From Candidatus Poribacteria bacterium (GTDB lineage Bacteria; Poribacteria; WGA-4E; WGA-3G), in contig OZ244048.1 of assembly GCA_965215265.1 (NCBI GenBank), positions 3,264,001-3,328,000 of the forward strand: 64,000 nucleotides of DNA, given 5' to 3'. Positions 25,732 through 36,500 of the stretch are shown here, in pieces. The position numbers and the translations under genes were made by a program. How positions within the stretch are numbered: the first letter of the stretch is position 1; each line of letters begins with the position of its first letter. Under the pieces are notes generated by a model. That model saw nothing but the letters and a program-made list of their open reading frames with translations, was not told the DNA's origin and searched no databases.

Positions 25732-27177
25732 ATGTTATCGTTACCTCAAATGCCTGGACGCTTGTGTGACGGGTTTTCTCGTCGTGAATTTATCCGCGTC
25801 GGCGGTGCAGCAATGCTGGGCATCAGTCTACCACAAGTTTTGGCGCTCCAAGCCGAAGCGAATACGACAGTCGATCCCGCGAAACCTCTAAACGGATGGG
25901 GAAAAGCAAATGCTGTTATTCTCCTCTTTTTGCAAGGCGGCCCGAGCCATCTGGATATCTGGGACCCGAAGCCGGAAGCGCCATCTAATATCCGGGGGGA
26001 ATTCAACCCGATTCCGACGAACGTCCCGGGGATACAGTTGTCTGAAACCATGCCCCGTTTGGCACAGCAGATGGATAAAGCGTGCCTCATCCGATCGGTA
26101 AGTTATACCCCGGCAGGTCTTTTCAACCATACGGCGGCGATGTATCAGATGGTGACGGGCGAAACGCCGGATAAGGTTGCTCCATCTGGGCAGCTTGACC
26201 CGCCGTCCCCTGCAGATCATCCCAACGCCGCGGCACACATCGCAAACTTCCGTCCGCCCGATGAACCGATGCTGGCGGCTGTCCAACTCCCACGCCCGAT
26301 GCAGGAAAGTAACATCATCGGTAAGGGCGGGAATGCTGGCTTCCTCGGTAGGGCCTATGATCCGTATTTCCTATTCCAGGATCCAAATCAAGAGATTAAT
26401 CTTGACGATTTGACGTTGAGGCCGGAAGTGCCGCCTGTGCGTCTGAAACGACGGAAAAACCTACTAGAAACGATTAACGCCGGTATGCCGGAAATTGATA
26501 AGGTTGCTGACTCTTACGCGCTCAATGAATATTATGAGAAGGCGTATAACCTCATCTTGTCCCAACGTGCGCGTAATGCATTTGATTTGTCTCAAGAATC
26601 CGATGAAATGCGTGACCGTTACGGCCGGCATACCTTCGGGCAAAGTGCGCTGCTTGCACGCCGTCTAGTTGAAGCTGGTACGCGTTTTGTGCAGGTGAAC
26701 TGGCCCTCTGTTGCTAACGGTGATCCGAACACGACAGCCTGGGATACGCACGCCACCAATTTCGGACCGCTCAAAAACTTGCACTGTCCGAAATTAGATA
26801 GTGCGGTTTCTTCACTCTTGGAAGACTTGGATGGGCGTGGCATGTTAGATGATACCCTGGTGTTGGCTATCGGTGAATTTGGCCGTTCTCCACGGATGGG
26901 CATTAGTACCTCCGGAAATAGCAATGCCCCCGATGGGCGTGATCACTGGCCGTATTGCTATACTGGCTTAATTGCGGGTGCCGGTGTACAGGGTGGGCAG
27001 GTTTACGGCAAGTCGGATGCCACTGGCTCAACACCACTTGAGAACCCGGTGCATCCACGCGATATTCTTGCGACAGTCTACCATACGCTCGGAATCGATC
27101 CGCATACTATCGTGTTAAATCACTTAGAACAACCTCGCGAATTGGTGAAAGGCGAACCGATTGCTGGGATTTTCTAA
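25732..27177 (+). CDS. DUF1501 domain protein (Tat signal)
   Basis: SRREFIRVG, GGPSHLDIWDPKP, ARRLVEAG, WDTH, GEFGRSP, GRDHWP. Confidence 0.93.
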   Translation: MLSLPQMPGRLCDGFSRREFIRVGGAAMLGISLPQVLALQAEANTTVDPAKPLNGWGKANAVILLFLQGGPSHLDIWDPKPEAPSNIRGEFNPIPTNVPGIQLSETMPRLAQQMDKACLIRSVSYTPAGLFNHTAAMYQMVTGETPDKVAPSGQLDPPSPADHPNAAAHIANFRPPDEPMLAAVQLPRPMQESNIIGKGGNAGFLGRAYDPYFLFQDPNQEINLDDLTLRPEVPPVRLKRRKNLLETINAGMPEIDKVADSYALNEYYEKAYNLILSQRARNAFDLSQESDEMRDRYGRHTFGQSALLARRLVEAGTRFVQVNWPSVANGDPNTTAWDTHATNFGPLKNLHCPKLDSAVSSLLEDLDGRGMLDDTLVLAIGEFGRSPRMGISTSGNSNAPDGRDHWPYCYTGLIAGAGVQGGQVYGKSDATGSTPLENPVHPRDILATVYHTLGIDPHTIVLNHLEQPRELVKGEPIAGIF

Positions 27178-27261
27178 CCCGAATCACTTCCTCTATAGGG
27201 GCGGATTCGCATATCCGTCCCTATCCAATCTTCGCCAGGATAAACAGAAATTAAAGTAGAT

Positions 27262-27802
27262 ATGGACATCTCCTTTAATAGCCAATTTAGGCTAAAAAGC
27301 AATGCCAAAAGCGATGCAGAACTCTCCGTAAAAGGTTTCATTACCCCAATTGAATACATGAAACCTAACTTTCACGTGGAATGGGGTGCATTGGCGAATT
27401 TGCGTGTTGCTGAGCCTGAAAAAAATATCCTGCATCAATTTTCTGAGATTTTCTCCCGCCTAAGGCCGTTCTCGTTGGTGAATGCTGGCCGATTCAAAAA
27501 CACGGCGTGCTTGCATTGTTATACTCCGTTTCTACAAATCCCAACAAATTCATTGGATACCGTTTGAAGAATCTTTGGAAATAGTGCCTGCACAATAGAA
27601 GTTTGATGTACTTCTGACTGATGAATCGTGCTGAGGAAGTGGCAAAAACTTGAGGGCAGTTGTCCTCTCTGATAGACAGAATATTGAATTTTTGAATGAC
27701 AATTTCATCGACGGATGGGTGCGTAATACTGCACTAAGGCGACAGCGTGATACCAAAGGACTTGACCGAATGCGAGTCTTGGCAAGTATAGTCATTAATT
27801 AA
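27262..27802 (+). pseudogene. fragmented selenoprotein N (SELENON)-like gene with SCUG motif (UGA at 27632-27634)
   Basis: Three frames give ..WGALANLR.. / YPASIF*DFLPPKAVLVGECW.. / RFYKSQQIHWIPFEESLEIVPAQ*KFDVLLTDESC*GSGKNLRAVVLSDRQNIEFLNDNFIDGW. The last resembles SELENON [27 protein letters not shown] (recalled). Confidence 0.75.
27632..27667 (+). promoter_or_regulatory. SECIS-like hairpin of the SelN-like remnant
   Basis: GAGGGC-AGTT-GTCCTC at 27652-27667, loop ~23-24 nt after the UGA. Confidence 0.55.
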
Positions 27803-27826
27803 TCTCAAAACATGAGGTAATCAGAA

Positions 27827-30424
27827 ATGCATGACAGGTTATTTCATAGGAAAAAGCGTGACAATTTTTTATATAGTGTTCAAACAGAGGTATCTCAGTG
27901 CGAAAAAAGGATTATCAAGTTCGTGAGAGATAGTGCGGCATGCTTGCTACAATACTTCTACTTCTTAGCAACGCGGTTATCTATCGTCTTTTTCATCTTT
28001 TTCATGGATATCGGGATGGTGCAAGCACAACGGCCGCCTGAACTGACTGACATTTTTCCACAAGGTGGACAGCAAGGGAACGTTGTTGAAGTGGCACTAA
28101 GCGGTAAAAATTTTGGAGCGGGCGCAACGTTATGGTTCAGTGGGGATGGCATTGCTGGCGAAATCAAAGAAAAAATGGGCGAAGCTGCGGTGCTGTTTAA
28201 CGGTGCAGGCATCTCAGGGCATATCCCAAAAGATGAAAGTTTGGTTGCATCTTTGACAATCGCGCCCACCACACCCTTAGGTATACAGCAGATACGTATT
28301 GTTACCCCACACGGTGTCTCTAATGCACGAAGTTTTGTGGTTGGGGCTCTTCCAGAAATAATAGAGGATGACACGGCTGCTACGCGCGATTCAGATAACT
28401 GGCTGGAGTTACCTGTCACGGTAAACGGCAGCATCGCTTCAATTGATGATGTGGATGCCTACAACTTTAGCCTAAAAAAAGACGCGAGACTGATCTGTGA
28501 TGTGACGGCACAGCGCATAGGTTCTTTACTCGATTCTTACCTTGTATTGCGAAATGCTGATGGCACTGAAGTTGCAACCAGCGGACTCGGAAATGGGTTT
28601 GATTCATTATTGGATTACACCGCAACCGTCGCTGGAAAATATACACTTCAGATTCGAGATATCCGATATAAAGGGGGCGGAGGTTACGGCTATCGGTTAA
28701 GCGTTGGAGAATTGCCCTATCTTGAAACTATATTCCCGCTTGGTGGACAGCGCGGTTCAGAAAACACAATTGCCCTCAGTGGTGCCAACCTTGGAACGTT
28801 TGAGTCTATAGAGATATCGATCGGAGGAAAAACGGAGGTAGGCAACCAGTCGTTGAGAGTAAAAACCTCGTCTGGATTAGTTACGAATCCACACGCTTTT
28901 GCCATAGGACACTTAGCGGAAATGACCGAGGCTGAGCCCAACAACATTTTCGAAAAAGCAACTCCTATCACGCTACCTCTAACCGTCAACGGGAAAATTG
29001 ATAAACCGGGGGATGTTGACCAGTTCTCATTTGAGATAAAAACGGCGCAACGTCTCGTATTTGTCGTGAATGCGCTTTCCTTGGGTTCACAACTGGATGC
29101 ACTGCTCACGCTTTACGATGCAGAGAATACGGCTGCAGAGTCCGACGAAGGTATGGACGGCGAGAATCTGAAAAAGACTAATGTTTTGATGTTCAATGAC
29201 GATGCAAGCGGTGCGGATGCCCGCATTGAATGGATGTTTGAAAAGGCTGGGAAGTATTCGATCTCTGTCCGAGATTTGAATAACCATGGTGGCACGGATT
29301 ATCCGTACCGGCTTAGCATCCGGCCGTTACAACCAGATTGTGAACTCGCGGTAGTTGCGCTTGATAACCGTAACCGCCCTATAACCTTGGATACGCCTCG
29401 TGTTTATCGTGGGGGTAGTGTCGCAATGGAGGTTGACGTAACACGACTTGATAGTTTTGATGGCCCAATTCACTTAACTTGTCCGGCGTTGCCAAAAACG
29501 TTTGAGGTGAGCCACACCGTTGTTGAAGCAGGACAAAATCGGGCGCTTCTGACGGTAACTGCGCCGTCGGATGCGCCGCTTGGGCTAATACCGGTTTCTG
29601 TCGTCGGCGTTTATGCTGTTGGCAATAAACAGATGGAACGTGCTGCTACGCCGAATCCTATTCTACTCACCGTAATGGACAAACCGCAATTTTCGCTAAC
29701 ACTTGCTGAAATTAGTTTAAGCATTGTTCACAACAAGACTGCTAATCTTCACGTAACTGCAGAGCGAAGCGACGGTTTTGTCGGCCCGATTGTCTTGTCA
29801 GTCTTAGGACTTCCCAATCGTGTTTCCGCCATACCTATTACGATAACTGAAGGGAAAACCGAATCAACACTTTCGATTAAAGCCGGAAGTTTTGAGCGAA
29901 GGGAGCAATTCTCTGTTGTACCACCACCCGGCACAAATTATATTTCGGTCATCGGGAGCGCGACTATCAATGGCGACACCGTCAAACAGAGCACGCCTGC
30001 CATCCCATTGACAATTGTCGAGGCACCTTTCATTGTAACCGTGGAACCGTTACGCTTTAGTATGGTCTTCCCTGCAACTGCGGCACCGGAAGCGGAAACC
30101 GTACCAATTGCCGGTACAACCCAAGCCGAGGGCGGAACGGGGGAGCAAAGTGCTACCACAAAGGAGGCGATATTAACGTTGAGTGTGGTACGGCAAGGCG
30201 GCTTCACAGATGAAGTAACGCTTACACCGTTAGGTTTGCCCAAAGGCATCACGACTTCTAAAGCGACAATTCCTGCTAACGAAACCGAGGTTAAGATTCC
30301 GCTACACGCAGTTAGTTCCTTAACGCCGGATACATACCAGTTTAAGTTCCATGGCTCGGCGATGATTAACGGGACGCTTTTTGAACAAGAGAGTCCGGTT
30401 ATCAGTGTTAAGATTATTCACTAA
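27827..30424 (+). CDS. planctomycete-type pre-peptidase C-terminal (PPC) repeat protein; start uncertain
   Basis: IFPQGGQQG/IFPLGGQRG, EAEPNN, LPxTVNGxI..DVDxF, DARIEW, YRLSI. Confidence 0.85.
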   Translation: MHDRLFHRKKRDNFLYSVQTEVSQCEKRIIKFVRDSAACLLQYFYFLATRLSIVFFIFFMDIGMVQAQRPPELTDIFPQGGQQGNVVEVALSGKNFGAGATLWFSGDGIAGEIKEKMGEAAVLFNGAGISGHIPKDESLVASLTIAPTTPLGIQQIRIVTPHGVSNARSFVVGALPEIIEDDTAATRDSDNWLELPVTVNGSIASIDDVDAYNFSLKKDARLICDVTAQRIGSLLDSYLVLRNADGTEVATSGLGNGFDSLLDYTATVAGKYTLQIRDIRYKGGGGYGYRLSVGELPYLETIFPLGGQRGSENTIALSGANLGTFESIEISIGGKTEVGNQSLRVKTSSGLVTNPHAFAIGHLAEMTEAEPNNIFEKATPITLPLTVNGKIDKPGDVDQFSFEIKTAQRLVFVVNALSLGSQLDALLTLYDAENTAAESDEGMDGENLKKTNVLMFNDDASGADARIEWMFEKAGKYSISVRDLNNHGGTDYPYRLSIRPLQPDCELAVVALDNRNRPITLDTPRVYRGGSVAMEVDVTRLDSFDGPIHLTCPALPKTFEVSHTVVEAGQNRALLTVTAPSDAPLGLIPVSVVGVYAVGNKQMERAATPNPILLTVMDKPQFSLTLAEISLSIVHNKTANLHVTAERSDGFVGPIVLSVLGLPNRVSAIPITITEGKTESTLSIKAGSFERREQFSVVPPPGTNYISVIGSATINGDTVKQSTPAIPLTIVEAPFIVTVEPLRFSMVFPATAAPEAETVPIAGTTQAEGGTGEQSATTKEAILTLSVVRQGGFTDEVTLTPLGLPKGITTSKATIPANETEVKIPLHAVSSLTPDTYQFKFHGSAMINGTLFEQESPVISVKIIH

Positions 30425-30426
30425 AG

Positions 30427-30462
30427 GCTCTTGCGTTTTCTTCAACTTGAAAGGGCAAGAGC
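30427..30462. terminator. hairpin directly after the PPC gene stop
   Basis: gctcttgc..gcaagagc 8-bp stem; no clear U-tract. Confidence 0.4.
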
Positions 30463-30473
30463 AGGTGTAAAAG

Positions 30474-30648
30474 CGTAGTTTTTTTAGACCTGATTTTAGG
30501 ATGTACTTTATAGTAAAGTTTTAGAATTAACCGGACACCGTCGCTCGGCACGCTTTGATAACGATTACGAGTGTCATCCGGGAATGTCCGTGCCGGTGGC
30601 GGTTCCGAAATGGATGCGGGGCAGCGTGTCCTAAAAGTCTTGAACGCC
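30474..30648 (+). ncRNA. candidate 6S-like structured RNA
   Basis: Closing stem ttttaggatgt/gtgtcctaaaa, central bubble, ~19 bp inner stem (cgga, accgtcgc, cggcacg with cgtgccg, gtggcggt, tccg). G-U pairs favour the + strand. No promoter found. Confidence 0.35.
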
Positions 30649-30938
30649 TCTAATTTGACTAATGTTTTGCTACAGAGAACTTTTACAAGAAAACGCCCAT
30701 GCAAATGAATACCCAACGTAACGTCAATATCTCAACGCCTCAGAATTTGAATGTCTCTTCATTGATGCACTCGGTTAGGACACTCATACACAAATGCTCA
30801 ACATAACGGTAAGAGAGTTAACCTTTTCTCGTTGAGATTTCTTTTGCATAAGTTGAATATCTCACATAAATCAAAGAAAATGTCCATATATTTTTAGCGT
30901 TTACTATAATGTTTCTATGAATAAGCATAAAAAAAATT

Positions 30939-30967
30939 TTGACAAATCTTAAAAAATATGATATAAT
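30939..30967 (+). promoter_or_regulatory. consensus sigma70 promoter of the respiratory cluster
   Basis: TTGACA-17 nt-TATAAT with TGn extension and AT-rich upstream DNA. Confidence 0.8.
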
Positions 30968-31132
30968 AATTAACGCCAAACGCTCGAGATTACTTAAAGA
31001 TGCGTCATTTAATCGACTCAGCATGGGATTTTGGATCTCATCTTAATAGTAATGTCAATACGAGTGCTCTGACGTAGCTGTCAGACAAGGCGATTCTATC
31101 AAAAAGCGACAGAAGTTGAATCATTCAAGAGA

Positions 31133-31639
31133 TTGGGGGCAGAGACAGAAGTGGTATCTCGACGTAAATTTTTCAAATTTTTGGGTTGGGGGAATTTCAC
31201 AGCGGCACTGGGTCTGAGTTTTGGGCCGGGTTTGGTTCGCTACCTATATCCACGTGTGTTGTTTGAACCGTCTTCTATTTTTAAAGCGGGCTTCCCAGCC
31301 GAGTACCCGCCGGGAAGCGTGAGTGAAAAATTTAAAAAAGAACCTTTTGGTGTTTGGATTGTCCGCCGGGAAGATGGCGAGTTCTATGCGTTGTTAACGA
31401 TTTGTACGCATTTGGGCTGTACGCCCCGTTGGCTCGGTTCGGAAAATAAATTCAAGTGTCCATGCCACGGGAGTGGTTTTGACCGAGATGGGTTAAACTA
31501 TGAAGGTCCAGCGCCTCGTCCTCTTGAGCGCGTTAAAATTACCTTGGCAGAAGATGGCCAGATTGAAATCGACAAATCAGTTAAGTTTTTAGGTGAAAAG
31601 GGCCAGTGGGGCGATCCAGGTTCCTTTTTGAAAGTTTAG
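31133..31639 (+). CDS. Rieske iron-sulfur subunit of a Rieske/cytochrome b complex
   Basis: Tat motif SRRKFF; CTHLGC, CPCHGS, GPAPRPL. Confidence 0.95.
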   Translation: MGAETEVVSRRKFFKFLGWGNFTAALGLSFGPGLVRYLYPRVLFEPSSIFKAGFPAEYPPGSVSEKFKKEPFGVWIVRREDGEFYALLTICTHLGCTPRWLGSENKFKCPCHGSGFDRDGLNYEGPAPRPLERVKITLAEDGQIEIDKSVKFLGEKGQWGDPGSFLKV

Positions 31640-31789
31640 CATCAGCGGACTTTGGTATCTACTGAAGATAACGGTAGTTGATGTTTCGTTTATCAACTTT
31701 TAAATTGCTCTATTTTCAGTGCATACAAAGATATCCGTGCGTGCGGAAAGGAGACTATCTGTGTCTGGCTCGGATCAGACAGAAAAAGT

Positions 31790-32560
31790 ATGAACGAAGA
31801 ACGTAAAGGGCTAAAAGAAAAAATTACCAATTCCGATATTTGGCGCTCTATATTTCGACATGGGTATGAAAACACCGGGCGTCGCTATACCTTGCAGATT
31901 CTCCAAAACGTCTGGCTGCATTTGCATCCGCCGCGGGTTTCCCGTCATGCGCTGAACTTCCGCTTCACGTGGTGTATGGGTGGGATAACCTTCCTCATGT
32001 TTCTTGTTACAGCTGTAACGGGCGTACTTCTCATGTTCTACTACCGTCCAACAGCCGAGTACGCCTTTCATGATGTGCAGTATCTTGAATTTGATATACC
32101 GTTCGGCATGCTTTTGCGGAACATGCACCGCTGGGCTGCACATGGGATGGTTATTTCTGTGATGTTACATATGTTCAGAGTTTTCTTGACCGGTTCGTAT
32201 AAGAAGCCGCGGGAATTCAATTGGGCTGTTGGTGTGATTTTGCTGCTAGTCACTTTTTTCCTCAGTTTTACCGGCTATCTGTTACCATGGGACCAGCTGG
32301 CTTTTTGGGCTGTGACCGTGGGTACGAATATGGCACGCGCAACCCCTGTACTTGGGCATGAAGGACCGTTTGCGCCGGACCCTATCACTCAAGCAAATGA
32401 TGTGAGATTCGCTTTGCTCGCAGGAACGATTGTCGGTCCCTCAACTCTGTTAAGGTTCTATATTTTACACTGCGTTGCCGTCCCGCTGTTAGCAAGTGTC
32501 TTAATGGCTTTGCACTTCTGGCGTGTGCGCAAAGATGGAGGTATCTCCGGGCCACTATAA
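31790..32560 (+). CDS. cytochrome b6-type N-terminal subunit
   Basis: WCMGGIT (heme ci Cys), RNMHRW..MLH, GYLLPWDQ, and an H-x14-H pair in helix D. Confidence 0.93.
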   Translation: MNEERKGLKEKITNSDIWRSIFRHGYENTGRRYTLQILQNVWLHLHPPRVSRHALNFRFTWCMGGITFLMFLVTAVTGVLLMFYYRPTAEYAFHDVQYLEFDIPFGMLLRNMHRWAAHGMVISVMLHMFRVFLTGSYKKPREFNWAVGVILLLVTFFLSFTGYLLPWDQLAFWAVTVGTNMARATPVLGHEGPFAPDPITQANDVRFALLAGTIVGPSTLLRFYILHCVAVPLLASVLMALHFWRVRKDGGISGPL

Positions 32561-32637
32561 CCCTATTAGGAAAGGATGGATGGCGGATTGGTGTTCAAAG
32601 GGAGAACATAGAAAGATATATCCGCATACGGAAAAAT

Positions 32638-33504
32638 ATGGAACATTTCATAGCACTGTTGACGAAGCCCGATAATGTCCCGATTGTGGCTATCCTCTTT
32701 TTGATACCTTATTTTATTTGGCTCTCCTACCGACAAGCCCGCCAGACTGACATGACAGGTGTCCCCTCAGATGCGGCACTAAATGATAAAGTCTACGTCT
32801 GGCCCTATCTCTGCCGAAACGAGTTTATCTGTGCGATTATTGTGATGCTAGTCCTCGGTGTGTGGTCTGTTACAATTGACGCGCCGCTTGAGGAACCGAG
32901 CGATCCGACTAAAACCCCGAACCCGTCCAAAGCCCCCTGGTATTTTCTCGCGCTACAAGAAATGCTGGTTTACTTTGATCCGTGGATTGCAGGGGTCGTA
33001 CTCCCGGGGCTCATCATTGCGGGCCTGATTGCTATTCCCTACATCGACACGAACCCGAAAGGAAAGGGCTATTATACGCTCAAAGAACGCCCGTTCGCGC
33101 TTTCGGTGTTCTGTTTCGGCTTTATTATTTTATGGATTGTTTTGATGATAGTCGGGACCTTCCTCAGGGGCCCCGGATGGAACCTCTTTGCGCCTTGGGA
33201 GAAATGGGATCCGCATCTAGTTGTCCCCTTAACAAATGTCAATTTATCCTATCTCTTTGGAATTAGAGATGAGCAGACAGCTAACTTCTTTGGATTTGTT
33301 GTCGTAGCGGGTTATTTTTCATTGGGACCGATTTTCTATTTTTGGAAGTCCAAAACTAGCCGTTTCCTACAAGAGCTCGGACTCGTTCGATATATCATCG
33401 TTTCATTTCTGTTCTTAACCATGCTTGCACTGCCCATAAAAATGGCACTGCGCTGGGGGTTGAATATTAAATACGTTTGGGTATCGCCGTGGTTCAATAT
33501 CTAA
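32638..33504 (+). CDS. cytochrome b C-terminal subunit (subunit IV-like)
   Basis: TPNPSKAPWYF (PEWY equivalent), IPYID, RPFA. Confidence 0.88.
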   Translation: MEHFIALLTKPDNVPIVAILFLIPYFIWLSYRQARQTDMTGVPSDAALNDKVYVWPYLCRNEFICAIIVMLVLGVWSVTIDAPLEEPSDPTKTPNPSKAPWYFLALQEMLVYFDPWIAGVVLPGLIIAGLIAIPYIDTNPKGKGYYTLKERPFALSVFCFGFIILWIVLMIVGTFLRGPGWNLFAPWEKWDPHLVVPLTNVNLSYLFGIRDEQTANFFGFVVVAGYFSLGPIFYFWKSKTSRFLQELGLVRYIIVSFLFLTMLALPIKMALRWGLNIKYVWVSPWFNI

Positions 33505-33588
33505 GAGTCTGCTTTGAAAACGCAATGCAAATAGGTATGAGCTGCCTTGTGGATAAGCCAATCTGAAAATGTGGAGGTTAAAAATTTC

Positions 33589-36500
33589 GTGAGGAGTAAA
33601 AGAGAGATTCCAGCTGAAAATAAATCGTATTCTGCTCTGTTTTTTATTTTATCAGGGCTATTAGGACTGGTGACGTTATGGGGATTTTGGAGTGAAATGA
33701 TTACGCGCCGGCCCTGGAAGCAGATTCAGCAAGAGTTTTATCAATACGAATACGAAAAGACACGCGCAGCATTGGAAAAGATCGAGTTGGAACTCCCTGA
33801 GCGCACGAGTCCGAAAAAGGCTGAGCCCAAAGTCCTAAGTCAATTAATGAGGAATGTGGAGACTGCACAAGTTACGCTTGACGAAGCTATGCAAGAACGG
33901 AAATTCCGACAGAGTGAATCCGATGCGATTAATTATAAATATCAACATAGCCTCCATGGCGCTAAAGCACATGGCGCAGGGGAACGGGATGAAACCGTTA
34001 AAAAGTGGGCGATGAAATTAGCTGAGTTTGAGTCTGCCATTGAAGGTGAGTTAACAGCAGCCGTCTTGCAGGCTGAAACAGGATTTGCAGCTGCAAACAA
34101 AGCCTTGGCGCAGTTCTATCAAAGCAACAGCGATTGGGAAAATGCACTCAGCACTTACTTAATCGCACAGAAATATAACTCCGCTGATACCGAAATTTCT
34201 GACAGTATTGCAACGGTTCAGATGGAGCTGAGTGCGCTTAAAGCCGTGAAAGCAACACATGAAGAGGTCGCTCGGCTCCAAGAAAAACAGGATTCCGTGA
34301 GCGGCATTAAACGTTCATTTCTTGGAAGTCTGTTAGAGAACCCTTTCCACAAAACACGCACTATTGTTCAACATTATCTAGAAGAATTTGATTATACCGC
34401 TGATAGGTGCGAAACATGCCACTTCTCTGCAGATAGAAGCGGGTACGAAACATCTGCCCGTGAAACGTTTGAGGTAGAAGGCGACGGAGAAAACAAGGTA
34501 AGCTATCAACTAGAGCATTCGCGCATTAAACCGGGTAGTGAAAGTGTTGTCATTGATGGGTTTGAAGCTGAAGAGGATGAGTATACTTTAGAGGACAACG
34601 GCACCATTACGTTCAACGATGTGGATGTATTCGGAGAAGTGGAGATTGAATACGAAACCGCGTACCGCCCTGTCCTGCAGACACATCCTCATCGGGATGT
34701 TCTCCTCGCGAAACATCCTATCGATAGATTCGGATGCACGCCATGCCACGGTGGACAAGGCCAGGCGCTCACAGCAAAGTCAGCACACGCCTTGACGCAC
34801 GCCGAATATTGGCTCACCCCGGTCCTCGGATTAGATGAACACACTGGTAGAATTTCTGAAGAAACAAAGGGGTACATGGAATCTAACTGCCGCAGGTGTC
34901 ACGATGGTGTGATGATGTTAGACGCTAAAAATCCTGAAACAGGTGAGCAACAGGATTATGCGCCAAATTTAACCAAAGGCTTGGGTCTCTTTGAAGATCT
35001 GGGGTGTCACGGCTGCCATGCTGTTGAAGGATATAGTGCTATTGAAACGATTAACAAGGTTGGGCCCTCGCTTGCGAAAGTCGGAAGTAAGGTTCAGGAT
35101 ATCGCGTGGCTTGAAAACTGGCTTAAGAAACCTGAGGCCTATATGCCTGATACGAAAATGCCTAACTTCTTTCCAACCGCCGGAATGAGTCAGATAGTCT
35201 ACCTCAAGAATGGTGGAAAGCGGATAGGTGCTGTAACCAAAACTGCTGACGGCATCATTATTAAAACAGACGATGGAACCGAGTATCCTTACCCTAACAG
35301 TTACGTAACGCGTATCGTTGACGAAGTGAAATCGATCGCTGCGTACCTCGCGCAGATGCAGGATGATTCTCTTGATACCGTGCAAACCTACCCTACATCC
35401 GAAAAAGCGATTAAAGCCGGTGAAGAGACTGTCAAAACGGTTGGCTGTCTCACATGCCATGCTGTTGATGGACTCGGCAGCGACTTCGGGCCGGCATTAG
35501 ATAGTGTGGGTGCAAAGGTTACGGCCGGCTACCTCCGTCAATGGGTGACGGATCCGCAGGCTTATGATGCGGATACTGCCATGCCGAGTTTGAGGCTGAG
35601 TCAGACAGAGATTGACAACGTTGTTGCCTACCTGATGAGTCTAAAGCAGCCAACACCTGTTGCTGTCTCAGAATCGGTTGGGGACGTAGATGTAACCGAG
35701 GGCGAGGTTCTCGTCAGAACGTACGGATGCTTCGGGTGCCACGAAATCCCCGGCTTTGAAAATGAATCGAAAGTCGGTGCAGATCTTGGTGAATTTGGTG
35801 GGAAGACAGTAGAGGAATTTGACTTTGGTGACACAGTGGACGTTGAACACAGTTGGACAGGTTGGACCCTAGGGAAAATTACAAATCCGCGCCGTTACCA
35901 AACCCGCCGTATTGTTTCTCGCATGCCGGTTTTTCAACTTGATGAAGAAGAGGCGAAGGCACTCGCTGTCTTGCTAAAAAGTTTCCAAGCGGCAAAGTAC
36001 CCGCTAAGTTATATCCATCAGAGATCAGAGAAGCTAAATCATATTGATGCCGGTAGACGATTGGTGAAAAAATATAACTGCTCAGGGTGCCACGAGATTG
36101 AAGGGAAAGGTGGCAGTTATGTTGATGTTGTGATGGCTCACGAAGGGTTAGATGCGATTAATGCCAAGCAATTCTCACCGCCAACCCTGCAGTCTGAAGG
36201 CGCGAAGGTTTATCCGGATTGGTTGTTTGAATTCCTTAAAGTGCCGTCGGATATCCGATACGGGCTCAAAGTGCGCATGCCGACGTTCGGACTATCTGAT
36301 GATGAAGCTACAACCTTTGTCAAGTACTTCTCTGCGTTAGACGATGAACCGTTCCCATATGAGACGCTCGAACTGCCCGTGGCAACGCGTGCCGAATTGC
36401 GTGTCGGAAAACAGGTTTTTGACGTACTTCAATGTATTTCCTGCCATCCTGCTAAGGGCGAGGTAATTCCAGAGGGCAGTGACAAAGCGGGGCGCCCTGA

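Noticed and set aside
27444-27446. Second selenocysteine codon in the SelN-like remnant
   Set aside because: No redox motif context; more likely a CGA-to-TGA nonsense change among other lesions.
27262-27567. Intact 101-aa hypothetical protein
   Set aside because: Its second half is out of frame relative to the SelN-like fragments; treated as part of the pseudogene.
30414-30716. 100-aa minus-strand ORF, and cobalamin riboswitch or SRP RNA readings of the same region
   Set aside because: The ORF has no motifs and overlaps the structured element. gctgccccgca lacks the rest of the B12 box, and the SRP CAGG-GGAA-AGCA motif is not matched.
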